Shown: positions 58,245 to 64,000 of the stretch, one piece after another
How positions within the stretch are numbered: the first letter of the stretch is position 1
Layout of the letters: every line of letters starts with the position of its first letter
From: Bdellovibrionota bacterium
Lineage (GTDB): Bacteria > Bdellovibrionota_C > UBA2361 > JBIKWN01
DNA: 64,000 nucleotides
Assembly: GCA_044356295.1 (NCBI GenBank)
Contig: JBIKWN010000003.1
Location: forward strand, 63,580 to 127,579
Reading direction: 5' to 3'
Program-made: the position numbers and the translations under genes
Notes under the pieces: model-generated
What the model was told of the DNA's origin: nothing
The model's database searches: none
What the model saw: only the letters and a program-made list of their open reading frames with translations

Positions 58245-60548
58245 GTGAACATGAAGACTTTTTCCCAATTTGTTTTAATATTTTTCGCTATCCTCCTAAC
58301 TTTGATAGGGATAGCCCAGTTTGCAGGGACAAACGGAATTAAACTTCCAGGATTTTCAGACAGAAGGCTATTTGGGGTTGATACAAGTGGGTGGACAGAT
58401 AAACAATTCGAGTTTCAAGATTCAAGTCTCTTGGCACAAGGCGTAAAAATTGGTTTCGGTTTTGAATCAAAACGTCCTAATGGTCCGGCTGAAGTTGAGT
58501 TTGAAGTGAATGGAGAAAAAATTCCTGCTCAAAAAATTACAGGGAAGCCTATCTATTTTTCTCTTAATACGTTCACAGAGGGAATCTCAATTAAAGCAAC
58601 AGTATTGAATCCATTCCACAGTTCTGAATCAGATGAAGAAAAAGGTGTTAAATTAGTGCGGGTATCAATCGATTCTGATCCACTCGTCATTCCGTCTCTG
58701 AAGCTCATTCTGCCGATTGCGGGATTAATGACTCTTATTATTTTTATTATTTACATAAGCCTTTCAAATCTTAAATTCTCTTTTGCTCTATGCTATCTGC
58801 CATTATTAATCTTATTTATTAAAAATCACACTGCTCAGTGGGAAATATCTTTCTGGTTACTCATACCTATGCTTGTCGTCTGTATAGGATATTATTTTAG
58901 TAAGAAAATTTTCTCGAAAGAAATATTTTCTAGTAATTCTTCCAACAAAATTTACTATGCCTTAGTTTCAATACTCTTTTTAATAGGTCTCTGGTTAAGA
59001 ATTTCAACAGTCTCATTTGGACTCCCCGAGCTTTATCATCCTGATGAATCAAGAAAACTAAATATCATGCGAAGTATGATAATTAGAGGAAACCTCGATC
59101 CTGATTATTTTAGACACCCCTCTTTTATGCTCTATTCTGGAGCGTTGACTGGAAAAGTTTGGTCAGTACTTCATAATGGTGAAATTCCATCTATTCCAAC
59201 ACTTGGCCCTTTAGCCAGATCGGTTAGCGCTGTATTTGGTTCAGCAACTATTATTCTTTTATTTCTTATAGGTCGCTTTCTGTTTGGCAACTTAGCAGGT
59301 CTAATCGCCGCAGCTACGATAACGTTTAGCCCTCTCCATGTCGTTTGTTCTCGATATGTAAAAGAAGATATCTGCATGATTTTTTTCATGCTTCTTACCT
59401 TCTACCTTATACTTCAATTTATATTTAAAAATTCTTCTAAAAATATTTTTTATCTAGCAGCTTGCTCTGCTGGAGTGGCAACTTCAATTAAGTATACAGG
59501 AATTCTGTCTGCTTCATTTTTGCTCGCACCATTCCTAGTATGGACCGTTGCGAACCTCAAAAATATCCCTGCTCTTCTTGCAAAGCTTGTTCATGATTCT
59601 AAAGAAGCCCCGGTATCTAAACTTTCACTTTCTACACTTTTCTCATTTCTATCATATTCAATAATTATTATCGGAATAGTCTTTTTAATGATTACTCCTT
59701 ACGCCATCTTTAATTCAGAGCGTTTCATAAAAGATTTTCTCTTCGAGGGAAAACATATGAGCAGTGGCCATAGCGGTGTAATCTCTGCAGTGAATTATTT
59801 TTGGAGTTATCATCTTAAAGTTAGCATTACAGGAGCATTTGGTTTCATACTGACAGCCCTCTCCCTCTTTTGCCTTGGCGCATTTTCTTTTCGTGGTGAT
59901 TTAAAAGGGCTTATCCCACTCCTTGGAGTTCTCCTTTTTTACCTTCCTGCTGAATGGGTTAACGCTAAACCGTTTCCGCAAGCAGAAAGATATATCCTCC
60001 CTGCTCTCCCCTTTCTAGCATTAGTAATTGGAGGATTTGTATCTTTACTAAACATGCAACCCAAATCAGGCATACATTCCTTGCTGGTCAAAGGATTCGG
60101 GGTCATCACATTGCTTGGCATCCTTCAAATTGCCCAAATTAGCATTGCCCATCAATCACTGATGATGACAGATACTCGACGTATGGCTAAAATGTGGGTA
60201 GATAAAAATATCTCTGAAAATACAAAAATAGTTACTGATTGGTTTTTTTATGGTCCTAATCTAAATAGGGATCGTTACAATATCATTGAATTAAAGACAC
60301 CCGAACAGGCTGAGATTTTAAAATCAATGTCTGTAAAAACGCTCAAAGAAACAGGTGCGCAGTATTTTATTACGTCATCATTCTTTTATGATCGATATCT
60401 ATTTTTTGCAAAAAGAGGGAATCTGACAGGAAGAGGATACGAAGAGATATTTCAAAATTTTGAAATAGTCAAAGAATTTAAACCATCTTCTTCCGAGGGA
60501 ACCTACGGATTTCATAACCCAACAATTAGAATTTTAAAACTTCAATAA
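58245..60548 (+). CDS. GT-C glycosyltransferase (PMT/ArnT-like) with extra N-terminal soluble domain
   Basis: LRI....FGLP..YHPDE, PDYF.HP, AR.VSA.FG, SRY.KED, KY and RY.LP motifs. Confidence 0.82.
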   Translation: MNMKTFSQFVLIFFAILLTLIGIAQFAGTNGIKLPGFSDRRLFGVDTSGWTDKQFEFQDSSLLAQGVKIGFGFESKRPNGPAEVEFEVNGEKIPAQKITGKPIYFSLNTFTEGISIKATVLNPFHSSESDEEKGVKLVRVSIDSDPLVIPSLKLILPIAGLMTLIIFIIYISLSNLKFSFALCYLPLLILFIKNHTAQWEISFWLLIPMLVVCIGYYFSKKIFSKEIFSSNSSNKIYYALVSILFLIGLWLRISTVSFGLPELYHPDESRKLNIMRSMIIRGNLDPDYFRHPSFMLYSGALTGKVWSVLHNGEIPSIPTLGPLARSVSAVFGSATIILLFLIGRFLFGNLAGLIAAATITFSPLHVVCSRYVKEDICMIFFMLLTFYLILQFIFKNSSKNIFYLAACSAGVATSIKYTGILSASFLLAPFLVWTVANLKNIPALLAKLVHDSKEAPVSKLSLSTLFSFLSYSIIIIGIVFLMITPYAIFNSERFIKDFLFEGKHMSSGHSGVISAVNYFWSYHLKVSITGAFGFILTALSLFCLGAFSFRGDLKGLIPLLGVLLFYLPAEWVNAKPFPQAERYILPALPFLALVIGGFVSLLNMQPKSGIHSLLVKGFGVITLLGILQIAQISIAHQSLMMTDTRRMAKMWVDKNISENTKIVTDWFFYGPNLNRDRYNIIELKTPEQAEILKSMSVKTLKETGAQYFITSSFFYDRYLFFAKRGNLTGRGYEEIFQNFEIVKEFKPSSSEGTYGFHNPTIRILKLQ

Positions 60549-60567
60549 AAAAACTATTACACTTTGT

Positions 60568-62160
60568 ATGACTATCTCTAAACGATCCCTAGAGTTCTGT
60601 ACAAATATTATTGGTATAGTTTGTCTTTGTTTTTGTTTGTACCATCTTATACAGCTCGTTGATGTCATTGTTAATGTTGCTATTCCTTTTGATACAGATG
60701 AATCAGACCATGCAAATGCTGCTCTTGAGCTTTATTATGCATTAAAATCAGGATCGCCCTCTTTCATTATTGATGCAATTAATCGACAAAGCTTCTATCC
60801 TCCTCTTCATTCTTTTTTAGTTGTTCCTTTTCTTTTAGTTGCTGGTGAATCACTTGCTATAAGCAGAGTTCCCTCTTTTGTTTTACTCATTAGTAGCATT
60901 TTGATTTTTCTTTATACGTTAGTTCGTACAGTTAAAATATCAAAACAGATTTTATTTTTTTGTATCGTTACGACCTGCTGTTTTTTTATTGAAAGCCCAA
61001 TTATCTCTGAAAATAGTGCCCTTTGTATGCTTGAGATGCTTGGTGTTTTTATTGTAGTACTCCTACTCCTTGCAGGATGTCATGAGCAAAAAAATGATTT
61101 TTCATTGCTTGGACTTTGTTTCGCATTAACCCTGACGAAGTACAGTTTTGCTGCAATGGTAGTACCCGCAGTATTTACATGGTTATTTTTTGAATCATTA
61201 CAGAAATCTAGCGTTACATCATCACTGGTTAGAATATGTAAATTAAGTTTAATCTTCTTTGCTCTCATTGCTGCATGGTTATGTTTTGCAAAATTTGATT
61301 CAGTAATAAAGTTTTTTACAAGTCATCCAAGCTATACTCCCTTACTTGGATGGGAGAATATCTCATTTGATTTTTCAGGTTGGATTTATCATTTCCATAA
61401 TCATTGGATTGTTGGTGTTTTCTCACTTTGCCTTATCTTAATCAGTTTCTTAAATCTTCGTTCGACTCCAGTCATCAGGCTTTGTAAGCTCATTGTCTTA
61501 AATTCTCTTTTCGTGTTGCTGTGCTCTTCTACAAATGAAGTCAGACATTTTATTGTTGCATTTCCACCGCTGATTTACTTAACCCTCTATCCCCTTATTG
61601 CAAGCACTTCAACAACTCCTCTTCATTCGTTTCTTAAAATTTCTCTTATCTGTGTAATGACTCTAGGGACTTATTTAAATCTTAATTTATACCGAGTAAA
61701 AATCATTAATGGCTTAGAGGGAAGACCTGAATATCAAGAACTCCAATTAACACTAATGAAAATTATCAACCCCAAAGCTCCAACGCTTGTCATAGGCACT
61801 ACAGATCAGTTGGGGATTGAATCAATTCGGTGGCACGCAGCTGTCTCTGCCCAGATTCCTTATTCTTCGGTCGAATTTTCGAGCTTTCCATACCGTGAAG
61901 ATAAGAATCTTACTCAAAAGATTAGAAGCAGAAATATTGATATTTGGTTTCTTGAACCAACATTTCCCTTACAATTCCATGAAATTGTAAAAAGAGAGCA
62001 CTTCAAACAAATTGTAATAATTCGAAAAGTCGGAGGAACCGACCCATTAATTTCTGAAATTTTAAAAAGTTATCCAACCGCACCCTTTAAACGTAAAATC
62101 TTTGGCGATAGAGAATTGATTGTTATTGACCGAGCTGCCCTTGGTACTCAAGCGGGATAG
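60568..62160 (+). CDS. GT-C-like multi-pass membrane protein
   Basis: DTDESDHA, FYPPLHS, LTKY and RHF...FP motifs. Confidence 0.65.
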   Translation: MTISKRSLEFCTNIIGIVCLCFCLYHLIQLVDVIVNVAIPFDTDESDHANAALELYYALKSGSPSFIIDAINRQSFYPPLHSFLVVPFLLVAGESLAISRVPSFVLLISSILIFLYTLVRTVKISKQILFFCIVTTCCFFIESPIISENSALCMLEMLGVFIVVLLLLAGCHEQKNDFSLLGLCFALTLTKYSFAAMVVPAVFTWLFFESLQKSSVTSSLVRICKLSLIFFALIAAWLCFAKFDSVIKFFTSHPSYTPLLGWENISFDFSGWIYHFHNHWIVGVFSLCLILISFLNLRSTPVIRLCKLIVLNSLFVLLCSSTNEVRHFIVAFPPLIYLTLYPLIASTSTTPLHSFLKISLICVMTLGTYLNLNLYRVKIINGLEGRPEYQELQLTLMKIINPKAPTLVIGTTDQLGIESIRWHAAVSAQIPYSSVEFSSFPYREDKNLTQKIRSRNIDIWFLEPTFPLQFHEIVKREHFKQIVIIRKVGGTDPLISEILKSYPTAPFKRKIFGDRELIVIDRAALGTQAG

Positions 62161-63856
62161 GCTGTTCTTCTTTCTCTTCGATTCTTCCATCTATGGTCTG
62201 TAGAGTATCTTTCAATTTTGTTTTTGGATCCGCTCTATCTTTATTCTCTTTAATAAGTGAATCGTCGCCGGTAAATTCGGTATTAAGTTTCTCGTCTAAT
62301 GATCCTAATTCTTTTTCTTCAAATGATTTATTACTAAGCCCTGGTGACGGGGGTCCACCAGGCTGCATTCCTTGCGGAGCGTCATCGGTAAGAGGGCTCA
62401 TTGCATCACCTGTGCTCTTACCGCTTTTTCCTGTTGATTCTTTTTTATTCTTATCTGATTTCTTGTCCTGAGGTTCTTCGGCAGGCTTTTCTCCTGTACC
62501 TTGCTTTCCGTCTTTACCTTCACCATCTTTGGAATCTTTGCCGTCTTTTTTTTCACCAGGTTGTTTTTCGGTTGAGTTATTATTTTTTTCACCTTCAGAT
62601 TTACTCTCTTTTTTATCTCCCTGATTCTGTTTGGGTGATTGATTATTTTGATCTTGTTTATCTTTATCCCCTTCCTTTTTATCGTTGGAATCTTTCTTTT
62701 GATCCGATTGCTGTTCTTGTTTATCAGAATTTTGTTCCTTATTTTCCTGATCCTTCTGCTTTTCTTTCTGTGATTCTTCAAGTTTACTCAGTGCATTTTG
62801 AGCCTTATTGAGCTGCTTCTGCGATTCTGAAGATTTATTGTCTTCAGAAGAATTCTGAGTATCTTTTTTAGAATTACTACTGTCTTGTTTATTTTCTCCC
62901 TGCTTGGAACCTTTAGAATCATCAGTTTTATCTTTTTGATTTTGGTTATCTTTCTTTTCTTCCTTACTACTTGAATCACCCTGACCTTGATCGTTAGATT
63001 TTTTATTGTCCTGAGATTCATTTTTATCATTCTTATCTTGCTTATCTTTATTCTGCTCCTGTTGTTTATCATTTTTATTTTTCTGAGCTTCGTTCTTTTC
63101 TTCTACTACTCTTGTCGGGCTAGGCGTTGCCGTAGGAGTTGCTGTCGGTAATAAAGAAAGACTTTTAGGAGCTATAGCTTTCGATAAACTTTTCTTAGTT
63201 TCAGTAATGACACTTTGTGCAATTTGAATCTGCTTTTTTATTTCATCTTGGCTTAGTGTATCTGCTTCAATTTCCTGCACGAGCTGCTCCAATGCGGTTT
63301 TTACTTCTTCAGGCACTTCAGGACTTAGAATAACTTCTTCGATTTCTTTTTTTGCTTCGGCAAACAAATTTTCCGATTGAGAATTGATTTGCCCTCCTAT
63401 AAAACTATTCCTTGCTAAAAAAAGACTTACAAGAAATAAAAATAATGCAGCGGCAAAAAGTCGCTTCATCAATAACGAAACTCGATTTAGGGGGATTGTT
63501 TTTTCTTCTTTTAAAACCAGCTCGATACCTTCAAGAATAAATAAAGCTCTCGGGTCGTTTGGGTTGAGTGCATGAAGTGTTGTAACCCTTTCTTTCAGAT
63601 TAAGTTTTGTATCAAGCTCAAGGGCGCAATCAACAAGTGAAGGTATCCTAAAGATGCAATCCTTGCGAATCCCAAGAATAATTACAGAAATATAAAATAA
63701 GACGCTAAAAATCCCAGCAATAAAGTACTCTGAAATAAAAAACAATGCAGAAGTAACTATTCCAGGAACAACGAGTGAGAAGCCAAGAAGAAAATTTCTT
63801 TGAATAATTCTAAATCGATACGTACGTAAAAACTCATTTTGCTTCATGAGTGTCAT
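62123..63856 (-). CDS. Membrane-anchored coiled-coil/low-complexity protein of the type found in MoxR-VWA loci
   Basis: N-terminal TMs, [21 protein letters not shown], long K/D/Q/N/E tract and C-terminal IPLEYQ. Confidence 0.75.
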   Translation of the reverse strand: MTLMKQNEFLRTYRFRIIQRNFLLGFSLVVPGIVTSALFFISEYFIAGIFSVLFYISVIILGIRKDCIFRIPSLVDCALELDTKLNLKERVTTLHALNPNDPRALFILEGIELVLKEEKTIPLNRVSLLMKRLFAAALFLFLVSLFLARNSFIGGQINSQSENLFAEAKKEIEEVILSPEVPEEVKTALEQLVQEIEADTLSQDEIKKQIQIAQSVITETKKSLSKAIAPKSLSLLPTATPTATPSPTRVVEEKNEAQKNKNDKQQEQNKDKQDKNDKNESQDNKKSNDQGQGDSSSKEEKKDNQNQKDKTDDSKGSKQGENKQDSSNSKKDTQNSSEDNKSSESQKQLNKAQNALSKLEESQKEKQKDQENKEQNSDKQEQQSDQKKDSNDKKEGDKDKQDQNNQSPKQNQGDKKESKSEGEKNNNSTEKQPGEKKDGKDSKDGEGKDGKQGTGEKPAEEPQDKKSDKNKKESTGKSGKSTGDAMSPLTDDAPQGMQPGGPPSPGLSNKSFEEKELGSLDEKLNTEFTGDDSLIKENKDRADPKTKLKDTLQTIDGRIEEKEEQPIPLEYQGQLGQ

Positions 63857-64000
63857 TTTGTGCAGGTTTGATTTGATACTCTAGGACTGCAGCATTATGG
63901 TCTTTTAAATTTTCTGAAAAAATATGTTCACCTTTTCCATTTGCAACAAAATACAGATACGAAGTTGCTCGAGGAAACAGCGCTGCTCTGACAGCTTTTT
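63834..64000 (-). CDS. mltG: Endolytic transglycosylase MltG, 3' end (partial)
   Basis: Not in the ORF track. Manual translation: [42 protein letters not shown]...*. Confidence 0.85.
   Translation of the reverse strand, partial: KAVRAALFPRATSYLYFVANGKGEHIFSENLKDHNAAVLEYQIKPAQNDTHEAK

Noticed and set aside
62193..63100. Alternative-frame ORFs and apparent repeats in the low-complexity region
   Set aside because: Explained by the K/D/Q/N/E-rich tract of the 577-aa protein; no discrete nucleotide repeat unit seen.

Overview
AT-rich bacterial chromosome segment using the standard genetic code, densely coding and diderm (lpxL-like and kdsD LPS genes, PpiD-like chaperone, lipoproteins). Gene content loosely suggests a Bdellovibrionota/'deltaproteobacterial' lineage, which is inference only. 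Housekeeping genes: pdxST, hisS, gatCAB, sthA, typA, thiolase, tadA, four tRNAs (3 Ser, 1 Arg) and a partial mltG. Also present: a 2836-aa cyclic beta-1,2-glucan synthase; a small accessory islet (orphan HerA-like ATPase, unknown ORF, ParDE-type TA pair, antitoxin remnant); a lone short flagellin followed by a 116-aa protein that looks like a D0-only 'mini-flagellin'; a divergent minor-pilin-like operon coupled to ampD; a GT51 transglycosylase fused to an extensin-like/LAS metallopeptidase domain; a decayed chemoreceptor pseudogene; and a MoxR-DUF58-BatA-VWA locus interleaved with three antisense GT-C glycosyltransferases. No CRISPR array, rRNA, transposase or phage genes were seen. Best candidates for novelty are the flagellin/mini-flagellin pair and the GT51-LAS fusion. 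All product calls come from motif recognition by eye; no database searches were run.
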